This document shows positions 54,814 through 64,000 of a stretch of DNA of 64,000 nucleotides, in pieces. The DNA lies in the NCBI GenBank assembly GCA_022561385.1, contig JADFRG010000004.1:18822-82821 (forward strand). The letters are read 5' to 3'. The position numbers and the translations under genes are program-made. This DNA is from Chloroflexota bacterium. Its GTDB lineage: Bacteria > Chloroflexota > Anaerolineae > Anaerolineales > E44-bin32. The first letter of the stretch is position 1; each line of letters starts with the position of its first letter. The notes under the pieces are model-generated. The model did not search any database. It saw only the letters and a program-made list of their open reading frames with translations, and had not been told where the DNA came from.

Positions 54814-56633
54814 AGACTCTCCGAAAGAACCCCATCGTGCGGTGGCTGTTTATTGTGGGCGTCATCGTTGTGGTGATTGTGGTGTATGCCTTCGGTTTCT
54901 CGGTAACGGATGTCAACTTCGAAACCACGCGAGATGAGGTGCGGCTTACCCAATTGACGCGAATCCTCCGCGCCCTGGCTCACCCCGATATCCTGGAGTA
55001 CGAGCAGATAGAGCAGGACGTCGACCTGCCATTCCATCTGCCCTGCCCTCCGGGCGGGGCGCCGCCCATCAGTGTTGACACCCGCGGGGCTTATATCGTC
55101 GTGACGCCAGCCTGCGCCGGGCCCAAGGAAACCGTGTCCATCGAAGGTTTCAAATTCCTTCCCAATACCGCAGGACCGGTCAACTTCCTTACTCAGAGCG
55201 GCGCCAAATTGCAGCTCGGCTCATTCAAAACAGATTCGAGAGGTTCCTTTTCGATAAAGGGCAAGCTTCCGAACCGACAACCGATCGAAGAGGCGCAAAC
55301 GATCCGCGCCACCGCGCGTCAAAACGTGGGCGCACCAAGGATCTCCAGAACCGGCAATCTCGTCTTCGAGAAGATTGTTGAAACGGTGTTTCTCGCGCTC
55401 TTGGCGACAACGTTCGGCGCCATCCTGGCTATCCCCCTCAGTTTTCTGGCCGCGCAGAATTTGATGTCGGATATCAGGAGCCCGCTGACGAGTGTCTCGC
55501 TCACATTGCTTGGCTGGCCAATTGGAATATGGCTCGGGGGCGCAATCGCGATTCAGATCGGACGTTTAGCGGAATCCATCTCTGGGGAGACCGCATTCGT
55601 CACCGGCGGCGTGGCGCTCGGTACGCTTGTTATCGGCGTAGCCTCCGTATCCACGCTCCCGCGCCAAATCCAACGATTATCAGGCGTGAGCGCCAGGCTC
55701 CTACGCGGACTCGGTTATGGGTTGGCGGGGATGGCAGCGATCGCAATCTCGTACCTGGCGGCTAATATGATGCTGCTTGTGGGTGACGCCCTCATTGAGC
55801 CGCTGGGCGCTCTGGGCTTCTTCGGCAACTTCGTTTATCAGCTTGGAGACAGCTTGCGTATGCTCACGCCGGCCTTCGCAGCATTGATCGTGGGCGGCGC
55901 CTTGGGAAGCCTGGGCGGACGGGTCGGCCAGCAGGCCTCGGACCGGCTGGATTCAAGGACGGTACGAATCATCAATCTTTCCGTGGCGGCGCTGGCCGGA
56001 GCTGCGCTTTTCGCACTGATCGGTGCCGCGATCGACTGGTTTTATCAAGTTCTGGATCCGACCATAACGTTCGTAATTCCAGCCACCCTGGGCGCCATCG
56101 GTGGCGCACTGCTTACCCTGCGCGTCGAGCCGAGGCAGCCTCTTCCCCTGGGATACTGGGTTTACTTCGCATTGCGCACCCTATTTAATGGGATTCGGTC
56201 GGTGGAACCGCTGGTCATGGTGATTGTGTTCGTAGTGTGGGTGGGAATCGGGCCTTTTGCAGGCGTGGTAGCGCTGGCATTGCACACGGTGGCTGCCCTG
56301 GGCAAACTATTTTCGGAACAAGTGGAGAATATTGCCCTGGGTCCGCTGGAGGCCGTGCGGGCTACCGGAGCCAATCGTGCCCAAGTTATTAAATTTGCCG
56401 TCGTTCCACAAATTGTGCCGCCCTATATTTCGTTCTTGATGTACCGATGGGACATCAACGTCCGGTTCTCTACCATCATTGGTTTCGCGGGCGGCGGCGG
56501 CATAGGGTTCTTGCTGCAGCAGAACATTCGGCTGCTCGACTACCGATCCGCAAGCGCGGCGATGCTCGCCATCGCCATTGTGGTCTCCAGCATGGATTAC
56601 ATCAGCTCGGCAATCCGCCGGCGCTTTGTTTAG
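54810..56633 (+). CDS. phnE: PhnE-type permease with extracytoplasmic domain and large multi-TM insertion
   Basis: ETVFLALLAT..PLSFLAA, RSVEPLV, LGKLFSEQVE, EAVRATGA and YRWDINVR.STIIG.AGGGGIG. Confidence 0.85.
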   Translation: MKTLRKNPIVRWLFIVGVIVVVIVVYAFGFSVTDVNFETTRDEVRLTQLTRILRALAHPDILEYEQIEQDVDLPFHLPCPPGGAPPISVDTRGAYIVVTPACAGPKETVSIEGFKFLPNTAGPVNFLTQSGAKLQLGSFKTDSRGSFSIKGKLPNRQPIEEAQTIRATARQNVGAPRISRTGNLVFEKIVETVFLALLATTFGAILAIPLSFLAAQNLMSDIRSPLTSVSLTLLGWPIGIWLGGAIAIQIGRLAESISGETAFVTGGVALGTLVIGVASVSTLPRQIQRLSGVSARLLRGLGYGLAGMAAIAISYLAANMMLLVGDALIEPLGALGFFGNFVYQLGDSLRMLTPAFAALIVGGALGSLGGRVGQQASDRLDSRTVRIINLSVAALAGAALFALIGAAIDWFYQVLDPTITFVIPATLGAIGGALLTLRVEPRQPLPLGYWVYFALRTLFNGIRSVEPLVMVIVFVVWVGIGPFAGVVALALHTVAALGKLFSEQVENIALGPLEAVRATGANRAQVIKFAVVPQIVPPYISFLMYRWDINVRFSTIIGFAGGGGIGFLLQQNIRLLDYRSASAAMLAIAIVVSSMDYISSAIRRRFV

Positions 56634-56788
56634 CCCCGATCAGGTCCTGATCGGCTTCCACGGACTTCTAAATGCTCATTATTGCCCAGTGATATAATCC
56701 CCGCCCGAGAGCCCTTGAGGCTCCTTTCGGTTCGGCTTGATGCCGTTTTTCGACCGGTGCCCAGCGAAGCCAAGATGGATTCGGCATA

Positions 56789-57301
56789 GTGCATAAGATT
56801 AACGAACCTGTTTTACTTCTAAACGCGAATTTCGAGCCGCTGAATGTTTGCTCGACTCGCCGTGCTATCGGGCTCGTCTTCAAAGGCAAGGCGGAAATGC
56901 TGCTCAACGGTCGCGGGTTCATTCACACCGTTCGCAAGGACTATCCGCGCCCTTCGGTTATCCGGCTGGGATATATGGTGAAGCGGCCGCGACCCCGCGT
57001 GCGGCTGAGCAAGCGAGAAGTGTTCCGTAGGGATGGACATACTTGCCAATATTGCGGCTCCAACGGTCGCCATCTTACGCTGGATCATGTGATCCCTCGG
57101 CACAGGGGCGGCGACCACTTATGGACGAACCTGGTCACAGCCTGCTCGACCTGCAACCTCAAGAAGGGCGGAAGGGGTATCCAGGAGGCGCACATGTCCC
57201 TCCTTCGTCCGCCGCACGAGCCGAAGGCCTCCGCGCTGTACCTTTACGGCTCGCACCTCACAGAGAATCAGGAATGGGAACAGTTCCTGGAAGGCTGGTA
57301 A
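56789..57301 (+). CDS. HNH endonuclease (McrA-like)
   Basis: VLLLNANFEPL, RRDGHTCQYCG, TLDHVIPR..GG..W.NLVTAC..CN.KK. Confidence 0.92.
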   Translation: MHKINEPVLLLNANFEPLNVCSTRRAIGLVFKGKAEMLLNGRGFIHTVRKDYPRPSVIRLGYMVKRPRPRVRLSKREVFRRDGHTCQYCGSNGRHLTLDHVIPRHRGGDHLWTNLVTACSTCNLKKGGRGIQEAHMSLLRPPHEPKASALYLYGSHLTENQEWEQFLEGW

Positions 57302-57314
57302 CCGAGATGAAATG

Positions 57315-57349
57315 AAACCCCGGAGCGTAATCCGCTCCGGGGTTTTTTT
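57315..57349. terminator. Intrinsic terminator between convergent HNH and hpf genes
   Basis: AAACCCCGGAGCG-TAATC-CGCTCCGGGGTTT followed by further T residues. Confidence 0.85.
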
Positions 57350-57383
57350 CACGCTCGTTTGGCTGGCTAAGCCCTTTGCTTCT

Positions 57384-57944
57384 TCAGACGACTTCTGATT
57401 CGATCAAGCCTAATGTGCCGTCCAATCTACGGTAGAGGACGTTCACCTCACTCGTATCCCCGTTGTAAAAGATGAAAAAATCCTCGTACCCGAGCAGACT
57501 CATCTGTTCGATCGCCTCCGGTTCGCTCATGGGTACCAGGTGAAAACGCTTGCGGCGTGTAATCTGGTCTGGGTCTTCAAGCCCCTCACCGAAGTCTTCT
57601 GAAAGTACCTCCGCCATTTTTCGACCGTCGCCCCTCGCCCGAAAGCGCCGACCCTTGTATTTATCGATTTGCCGCTGAATTTTGGCAAGAACTGCGTCCA
57701 CAGAGGCATAGATGTCTCCCGTACGTTGTTCTGCCCTCAGTAACACGCCTTTTCCCCGGACGGTCAACTGGGCCACCTGACGGTCTTCCGCGCTGCGAGC
57801 CGTCCGCGCGTACCTTAACTCAACGGTTGCCTCGTCCAGTATGGCAAGATAGTGTTCAAGCTTCGACACTCGCGAATCGACGTAGCGTTTTAGGCGGTCA
57901 TCTAATTCCATCTCTCGGACGTGAATGTCTATCGCAATTGGCAT
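57384..57944 (-). CDS. hpf: Long ribosome hibernation promoting factor (RaiA/HPF)
   Basis: LRAE..DIYASVD..KI.RQI.KYK and C-terminal PMS..EAIEQM.LLG..FF.F.N..NVLYRR.DG.LGLI. Confidence 0.92.
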   Translation of the reverse strand: MPIAIDIHVREMELDDRLKRYVDSRVSKLEHYLAILDEATVELRYARTARSAEDRQVAQLTVRGKGVLLRAEQRTGDIYASVDAVLAKIQRQIDKYKGRRFRARGDGRKMAEVLSEDFGEGLEDPDQITRRKRFHLVPMSEPEAIEQMSLLGYEDFFIFYNGDTSEVNVLYRRLDGTLGLIESEVV

Positions 57945-58002
57945 CTGGCTACATCCCGGGGATATTCCCTCCCTCACCGCACTGCGAATGGTGGTCACTT
58001 GA

Positions 58003-58731
58003 TTATGCTCTCGCTACAGTCAACCCGACCACGGAATCAGCGCCTGCGGCCCGAATCGCGGCCGCGCAAGCGGAGAGAGTCGCGCCGGTCGTGAACAAAT
58101 CATCCAGGACGAGGACATTCGCGCCTTCAAATAATAGAGACTCCACGCTGAAAGCCTTCCGGACATTACGCCAGCGCGCATCAGGATCCAACCCGACCTG
58201 AGAGCGGGTGTCTTTTACGCGCCTGAGATCGTCCAATTCAACCCGCAATCTTGCCCGGTTGCCAAAAGCCTTGGCAAGCAGGGCTGCCTGATTAAATCCG
58301 CGCACCTGCATTTTTTGCCGACTCAGCGGAACCGGAACGACCACTTCCACGTTCCAGCCTTGCCGCACATATAGTTCCTCCAGCCAGCTCCCCATCATCG
58401 AGGCCAGCCGTTTATCCGGGCGATACTTGAGGCGGAGCAGCGCTTGTGCGACTCGCCCTTTGTATCGGACGTAAGATCGAACCTGCAGTGAGGGAGTTCT
58501 GGAGGCGCACGAAGGACAAGATCCGCGGCTCCTGAGCGGATATCCGCATTTTCGGCACAGCGGTTCGGTCAACTTGACCATCGACGCATCACACTCTTTG
58601 CACCAGATAGCGCCGGATCGGCCGCACCCTGCACATTGAATCGGAAAGAGCAGGTCGAGACCTGCTCCTACCCACCCTTGAAGTCCGTGAATTCGATTAC
58701 GCAGTTGTCTTGCGAGATAGTGGTTACGCAA
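58003..58731 (-). CDS. comF: ComF family competence protein (double zinc ribbon plus PRTase fold)
   Basis: Four CxxC, VPVPL..RGFNQA and VLDDLFTTGATL. Confidence 0.9.
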   Translation of the reverse strand: MRNHYLARQLRNRIHGLQGWVGAGLDLLFPIQCAGCGRSGAIWCKECDASMVKLTEPLCRKCGYPLRSRGSCPSCASRTPSLQVRSYVRYKGRVAQALLRLKYRPDKRLASMMGSWLEELYVRQGWNVEVVVPVPLSRQKMQVRGFNQAALLAKAFGNRARLRVELDDLRRVKDTRSQVGLDPDARWRNVRKAFSVESLLFEGANVLVLDDLFTTGATLSACAAAIRAAGADSVVGLTVARA

Positions 58732-58753
58732 CGGGTCCTATGTCGCCGTCTAA

Positions 58754-59689
58754 CTATCCTCCGAGAATGGCTCCCATCGGGGAGGTGAGCAGCAACATCG
58801 CTGCCGGTCCCAGCAGAATGATCATGATGGAAGGGAAAATAAGCAGCGCAATGGGGAACACCATCTTGATGGGAGCCTTGTGCGCTTCCTCCTCGGCCAT
58901 TTGCCTTCGTCGCACGCGCATCTGATCCGATTGAATGCGAAGCACTTTTGCCATGCTCACACCGAGCTGTTCAGACTGGATCACGGCCGCGACAAAGCTG
59001 GACATCTCGGCGACTCCCAATCGATCGGCCATGTCCCGCAAAGCATCCCGGCGCAGCTTGCCGAGACGAATTTCCTGAATCACTCGCCCGAATTCGAGGG
59101 CTAACTCGTTGATCCACTTCTCGTGAACTTTCGCCATGGCCGCGTCGAACCCCAGGCCCGCCTCCACCGAGATGGTGAGCAAATCGAGTGCATCCGGCAT
59201 AGCTCGGAAAACGGCTTTCTGTCGCGCCTTGATCCGCCCGCTGAGCCACAAACTTGGAAAGGCAAAGCCGATCAACAAAAACAGCAGCGAGATTCCCAAT
59301 CCCTGGAGCCAATTCCCGCCGGTCCTGGCCAATATTAGAAACAGAATGCCGCCAAACAGGACGGCAAATACGAACCGGAGCATCAGAAAAAAGGCCGGGT
59401 TCATCTGCATCGGATTGCCGGCCATCTCCAGCCGTAGGCGGGCGCTCTCAAGGGTCGCCTGCGGGGTAAAGCGCTGGGAAAGCTCACCGATGCGATCAAA
59501 GAAAGGCAGAATGATGCGCTGGCCAAAATCCTGAGAGAGCTCCAACTCCTCTAGCGACATCGGCTCGTCGGAGATGGTCAGCTCCGAAAGACGTTCCTGG
59601 ATTGGGTCGTCGCTCCGAGGCATATTGATGCCAACAACCACCAGGATCACTGCCAGAAGCACTACGATTCCTACGATTGCTAAAATCAT
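58754..59689 (-). CDS. tadC: Tad pilus inner-membrane protein TadC
   Basis: PDALDLL.ISVEAGLGFDAA, QSEQLGVSMAKVLRIQS and KMVFP. Confidence 0.9.
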   Translation of the reverse strand: MILAIVGIVVLLAVILVVVGINMPRSDDPIQERLSELTISDEPMSLEELELSQDFGQRIILPFFDRIGELSQRFTPQATLESARLRLEMAGNPMQMNPAFFLMLRFVFAVLFGGILFLILARTGGNWLQGLGISLLFLLIGFAFPSLWLSGRIKARQKAVFRAMPDALDLLTISVEAGLGFDAAMAKVHEKWINELALEFGRVIQEIRLGKLRRDALRDMADRLGVAEMSSFVAAVIQSEQLGVSMAKVLRIQSDQMRVRRRQMAEEEAHKAPIKMVFPIALLIFPSIMIILLGPAAMLLLTSPMGAILGG

Positions 59690-59702
59690 CGGTGTATAAA
59701 CC

Positions 59703-60680
59703 TCATATGTCGATATCCACAATTTTTTGTGTAATCAGAAAGCCTACAACCACCATCAAACCCGCCCCGCCTATCATGGGGATGCCACAACTGCGGGTCT
59801 CCGGGTTGAAGAACTGCATGATGTAGTCTGGGTTGACTGCAAAGAGCAGCCCCACCAGCGCAAGTGGCATTGCAGAGATCACCCAGGCCGTGGCTCGGCC
59901 CTGCGCGGTAAGTGACGCAATTTCGCCCTTGATGCGTACCCGCTCGCGGATCGTGAACGAGATAACGTCCAAGATTTCAGCCAGGTTACCGCCGACCTCG
60001 CGCTGCACATTCATGGCGGTGACCACCAGATCCAGATCGTCACTGTTGATACGTCGCAACAAATGCTCGAGCGCTTCCTCCATGGTGATGCCCAGCTGCA
60101 TCTCCTGAACCACCCGCCGGAATTCATCCGATATCGGGCTCGGCATCTCGTGGCTAACGGCCTCCATGGCCTGCAAAGTCGAAAACCCCGCGCGAAGCCC
60201 ATTTACGATTAGATTGAGCATGTCGCTAAGCTGATTGTCAAATGCCTTCAGCCGGCTCTTCTTGGCGCGGCTGACGTATATGGGCGGGATGAAAAATCCG
60301 ATTATGGCTCCAACTATCGCGAATATCGCTCCGCTCAGCACGAAACCAACGATTGCCGCCCCAAACATAGTCAGCACTCTGGCGGCCATATACTCCGCCG
60401 GGCGCAACTTGACATCTGCCTGCGCAAGGTTTGACGAGATGTTGGAGAAGAGATCCGTGCCCTCTCCAAGCTTGTTGAGGAAATCCGATAAAGGGCTGGT
60501 CCGGTCTTCGCTATCAGCGGGCTCGTCGGAGAGGGTGGTGACCATGCCCCCCGTTTCGGCATATCGACCCAGCCGTTCTTCAACCACCGAGCCGCCCCCT
60601 ACGAATGACATCACGAGGCCGACCACCAGCAAGAGCAGAGCCAGCCCGCCGCCAACGAAAAGAATTATTGTGGGATCCAT
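59703..60680 (-). CDS. tadB: Tad pilus inner-membrane protein TadB
   Basis: GLRAGFS, PISDEF, QREVGGNLAEIL and LTAQGR. Confidence 0.9.
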   Translation of the reverse strand: MDPTIILFVGGGLALLLLVVGLVMSFVGGGSVVEERLGRYAETGGMVTTLSDEPADSEDRTSPLSDFLNKLGEGTDLFSNISSNLAQADVKLRPAEYMAARVLTMFGAAIVGFVLSGAIFAIVGAIIGFFIPPIYVSRAKKSRLKAFDNQLSDMLNLIVNGLRAGFSTLQAMEAVSHEMPSPISDEFRRVVQEMQLGITMEEALEHLLRRINSDDLDLVVTAMNVQREVGGNLAEILDVISFTIRERVRIKGEIASLTAQGRATAWVISAMPLALVGLLFAVNPDYIMQFFNPETRSCGIPMIGGAGLMVVVGFLITQKIVDIDI

Positions 60681-60682
60681 GA

Positions 60683-62113
60683 CTAGCGGTAAGACCCGCG
60701 GTCTCCAACGCCGAAGATCGAAGCCGGCAATTGGATGCCAGCCTGTTCGAGCTTCACCATGAATTTCGGCCGGAGCCCAGTCGGCCGCAAGCGCCCGATG
60801 ACCCTGCCGTCTTCCAAGCCAGTCTGCTCGAACACAAACAGGTCCGTCATCGTAATGATGTCACCTTCCATGCCTTGGATTTCAGAAATATGGGTCACTT
60901 TGCGCGTACCGTCGCGCATCCGCTCAAGGTGAATGACCAGCTCGAGCGCTGAGGCGATCTGTTCACGGATGGCTCTTGTAGGCAAATCCATACCCGCCAT
61001 CAAGGTCATGGTTTCGATACGTGAAAGAGTATCGCGCGGGCTGTTCGAGTGGGCGGTGGTCATCGATCCATCGTGGCCCGTGTTCATAGCCTGCAACATG
61101 TCCAGGGCCGCCTCGTCGCGGATCTCACCGACGATGATGCGGTCCGGGCGCATTCGAAGGGCGTTGACCACGAGATCCTTAATGGTGACCTCCCCGCGCC
61201 CTTCAATATTCGGCGGACGCGACTCGAGCGTGACGACATGTTCCTGTCGGAGCTGAAGCTCCGCCGCGTTCTCGATCGTAAGGATGCGTTCGTCGGACGG
61301 GATGTACTGGGATATGACGTTGAGCATCGTGGTTTTGCCAGACCCGGTACCCCCCGAAATCACCATGTTAACGCGCGCGATCACCGTGGCTTTGATGAAC
61401 TCGATCGCCTCTGCCGTGACCGTGCCGTATTCGATCAGCTGTTCGATAGTAATCGGGTTCTTGGCGAATTTACGAATGGTCAGCGTTGGACCCCCTAGTG
61501 AGATTGGCGGGATCACTGCGTTGACGCGCGAGCCGTCTTGCAGCCTTGCGTCGACGTAGGGGCTGGACTCATCGATGCGCCTGCCCAGCGGGGCCACGAT
61601 GCGGTCGATGATCCGCATCAGGTGGTCGTCGCTCTCAAACGAAGTCGGTTCCCGAACAATCTTGCCTTCGCGCTCGATGTAGATGTTCTTGGCGCCGTTG
61701 ATCATAATTTCCGTGATCGTGTCATCGGCCAGAAGTGGCTCGATCGGTCCTAACCCAAGGATCTCGGCCACGATTTGTTCGAACAGACGCCTTCGCTCAG
61801 GTCGCGACAGAACGATATTCATCTCGGTCAGGATGCTCTCGAACAGCTCCTCGATCTGTCGTCGGACATCGGCGGTCTGGGTAACATCCATTGTCGGATC
61901 TAACTCTTGGAGCAAGCGGTTCTGAACCTCGTTCTTGATGTCGTGTATACGCCCGCCAGGAGTCTGTCCGGGTGCCGCTGTACGTCGCGCGCTGAGTCCG
62001 CTCAACCGAGAGGTGCCATCGCCGGCATCGGACGCGACGGGTTGTTCCGGCGCGGCCGGCGGGCTGGGACTCCCATCGGTCTGACCCTGCTCAATTCTCT
62101 TTAGTAACGACAC
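60683..62113 (-). CDS. tadA: Tad pilus ATPase CpaF/TadA
   Basis: [43 protein letters not shown] and AMNTGHDG. Confidence 0.95.
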   Translation of the reverse strand: MSLLKRIEQGQTDGSPSPPAAPEQPVASDAGDGTSRLSGLSARRTAAPGQTPGGRIHDIKNEVQNRLLQELDPTMDVTQTADVRRQIEELFESILTEMNIVLSRPERRRLFEQIVAEILGLGPIEPLLADDTITEIMINGAKNIYIEREGKIVREPTSFESDDHLMRIIDRIVAPLGRRIDESSPYVDARLQDGSRVNAVIPPISLGGPTLTIRKFAKNPITIEQLIEYGTVTAEAIEFIKATVIARVNMVISGGTGSGKTTMLNVISQYIPSDERILTIENAAELQLRQEHVVTLESRPPNIEGRGEVTIKDLVVNALRMRPDRIIVGEIRDEAALDMLQAMNTGHDGSMTTAHSNSPRDTLSRIETMTLMAGMDLPTRAIREQIASALELVIHLERMRDGTRKVTHISEIQGMEGDIITMTDLFVFEQTGLEDGRVIGRLRPTGLRPKFMVKLEQAGIQLPASIFGVGDRGSYR

Positions 62114-62144
62114 AGCTTAATCCTCCCGGGCTCCATTTGAGGCG

Positions 62145-63413
62145 TCAGCGACCCAGGATACGAGGCCGCTCCTTCACTTCCTCCTCCTGCGCCTGCTCCT
62201 CTGCATCCGCGATGCGCTGTTTGATGGTCCCCATCAGCTGCATGATCGCCCGCGATTGGGGGCTGCTTCGGTCGCTCAGTATGAGCGGAATTCCCTTGTT
62301 GATGGAGGCAGTGACCGCGCGCTCGTCCAGCGGGATAACCGCCTCCACCTCGCGTTTGAGGTTCTCGCCTACCGCCTCGGCGGAGATTCCCCCCTTGCGA
62401 TCCATCTTATTCAGCACGAAGCAGACATTTTCGGTTGGGAACTCGAGGATGTGGAGTAAATCAAATAGATGCCGGGCGTCCTTGATGGCGGGGATATCCG
62501 GCGTACATATAGCAATCAGCAGATCGGCCGTGTCCAGGATCGCCAGGGTAGTGTCATCCATTGCAGAGGCGGTATCTACAATCACGTAGGCAAAGTGTCG
62601 CCGCAGGAACTGAATGATCGTCCGGATCTGATCTGCGCTGACTTCGTCCGCCATTTCCGGCCTGGGAGGCGCGGCAAGGACCCGCAGACCGTTCTCGTGA
62701 AGAAGCAACACGTCTTCCAGTATCTCCGAGTCAATATCGTCCATCCGCGCAGTAAGATCGTTGATCGAGTACTTAGATTGGAGATTGAGGAAAACCGAGA
62801 CGTCGCCAAATTGGAGATTTCCGTCGACCAGAACGGTCGGAGTTTCTTCGGTGTCGAACGCCAGAGCAATGTTGGTGGCGATTGTTGTGCACCCTACCCC
62901 ACCCTTCGGGCTGTAGAACGCAAGAACTTTGCCGACTGGCCGATGGGAATCGGTACCACCTGCGCCAGGCGGCCCATCAGCCGCTAACGGTGCGGTTGAT
63001 CGTTCGAATTCCCTCCGCTTGTCGTGCGCGAAAACGGAGAGACGTCGAATGGTTGCGATCAACTCCTCGCTGGAGGGCGGTTTGACTATGAAGTCGCGCG
63101 CGCCGGCCATCATGGCCCGGCGCATATAGTCCTGTTCGCTCTGAATTGACAGGACGATAACTTGTGTAAAGGGGACCTTGCTCAGGATCGTCTCGGTGGC
63201 GGTGATCCCATCCATGTCCTCCATGTTGATGTCCATAAGGACGATGTCGGGTTTCATATCGGAGGCCATCTCAATGGCCTCCTCACCCGAGCGGGCCGCT
63301 CCAACCACCACGATGTCGGACTCAAATTGGAGAAGTTTGCGAATGTTTTCGCGGGTCTCCGCAAAGTCATCGACGATGAGTACGCGGATACTTTCTTCCG
63401 CGGCTTCGGTCAT
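62145..63413 (-). CDS. cpaE: CpaE/TadZ receiver-ParA-like pilus localisation protein
   Basis: Receiver IVDD..LMDINM..KP; SPKGGVGCTT; directly upstream of tadA. Confidence 0.85.
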   Translation of the reverse strand: MTEAAEESIRVLIVDDFAETRENIRKLLQFESDIVVVGAARSGEEAIEMASDMKPDIVLMDINMEDMDGITATETILSKVPFTQVIVLSIQSEQDYMRRAMMAGARDFIVKPPSSEELIATIRRLSVFAHDKRREFERSTAPLAADGPPGAGGTDSHRPVGKVLAFYSPKGGVGCTTIATNIALAFDTEETPTVLVDGNLQFGDVSVFLNLQSKYSINDLTARMDDIDSEILEDVLLLHENGLRVLAAPPRPEMADEVSADQIRTIIQFLRRHFAYVIVDTASAMDDTTLAILDTADLLIAICTPDIPAIKDARHLFDLLHILEFPTENVCFVLNKMDRKGGISAEAVGENLKREVEAVIPLDERAVTASINKGIPLILSDRSSPQSRAIMQLMGTIKQRIADAEEQAQEEEVKERPRILGR

Positions 63414-63442
63414 TCGGGCTCTCTCCTAGGGCAACTCAGTCA

Positions 63443-64000
63443 TTAGGGTACGGGTGTCGGTTTAAAATCCAAATCAGGCGGAAACACCAGGTCGGGAGCA
63501 GTGAGCCTGGGTTCCGTGCCGTATGGAAGCTTGGAAGGAATGGCGATATCGTAGTTGTCAATCAGGAACTGTAAAGTCACGCTGTCCGTCTCGATCTCAG
63601 GAGTCGGGTCATTTGGACTCCGCAGGGTGAGAGTCAAATCGAGGCCTCCGTTGATGGCCCAATTGATCGCAAGCGCGTCTTGCGGCGTCACGATCAGTGT
63701 AATGATATCAGGCGGAATAATCACGGGCACCCCTTGTTCGGCTCCCGCCTGCCCTTGAGGGGCACCGACGCCTTCTTCTGGCGTTTCTCCGATCAACTCA
63801 ACGGTTTCCCCTTCAATCTCGAGCGCGAAGTCTCCCACTCCAAGGACGGTGGAATTGGTAATCAAGCGCTGTGTGACCAGGCGCGGGCGCTGAGGGCCGG
63901 AGGGTCCGGCGTAAAAGTCCTGGCCGGAAAATTGATCGAATTGGAGCAGGCCGATTGTGGGCAGACTATCAGTAGCAGCACACACCAATTCTCCCGTATC
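63443..64000 (-). CDS. cpaB: Flp pilus assembly protein CpaB/RcpC, C-terminal part (5'-truncated by window edge)
   Basis: VTQRLITNSTVLGVG, ITLIVTPQDA and LTLRSPND; frame open to the edge; upstream of cpaE. Confidence 0.7.
   Translation of the reverse strand, partial: DTGELVCAATDSLPTIGLLQFDQFSGQDFYAGPSGPQRPRLVTQRLITNSTVLGVGDFALEIEGETVELIGETPEEGVGAPQGQAGAEQGVPVIIPPDIITLIVTPQDALAINWAINGGLDLTLTLRSPNDPTPEIETDSVTLQFLIDNYDIAIPSKLPYGTEPRLTAPDLVFPPDLDFKPTPVP

Noticed and set aside
56789-57301. HNH nuclease as partner of the orphan MTase or as a mobile element
   Set aside because: About 44 kb away, a common stand-alone type with its own terminator, and no flanking repeats

Overview
Core-genome segment of a GC-rich bacterium. 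Gene content and protein styles (Pro/Thr-rich secreted proteins, Tad cluster, coiled-coil beta' insertion) suggest Chloroflexota, probably Anaerolineae; this is inference, as no rRNA is present. It holds about 55 CDS and one tRNA-Ser(GGA). The genes cover translation/transcription (rpsT, argS, rsmA, rplU-rpmA-rpmE, rplY, pth, trmI, hpf, rpoC, mfd), repair (dinB, mutL), nucleotide salvage (hpt, tdk), two histidine kinases with receiver-ParA proteins, an ABC transporter locus and the 3' part of a Tad/Flp pilus cluster. No CRISPR array, transposase, integrase or prophage was seen. Most notable: (1) ribosomal protein bL31 fused to an RNA-polymerase alpha-CTD-like domain; (2) rpoC without an adjacent rpoB, under its own consensus promoter and a repeat-bearing leader; (3) a hybrid ABC locus whose single lipoprotein fuses an amino-acid-binding domain to a PhnD domain, with two unrelated permeases and one ATPase; (4) an arginine-synthetase (ArcE/COG2403)-like gene directly behind argS; (5) a dinB-coupled hydrolase-NTF2 fusion and a divergent MuF-like Cys protein. 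All calls come from motif reading by eye; no database search was run.
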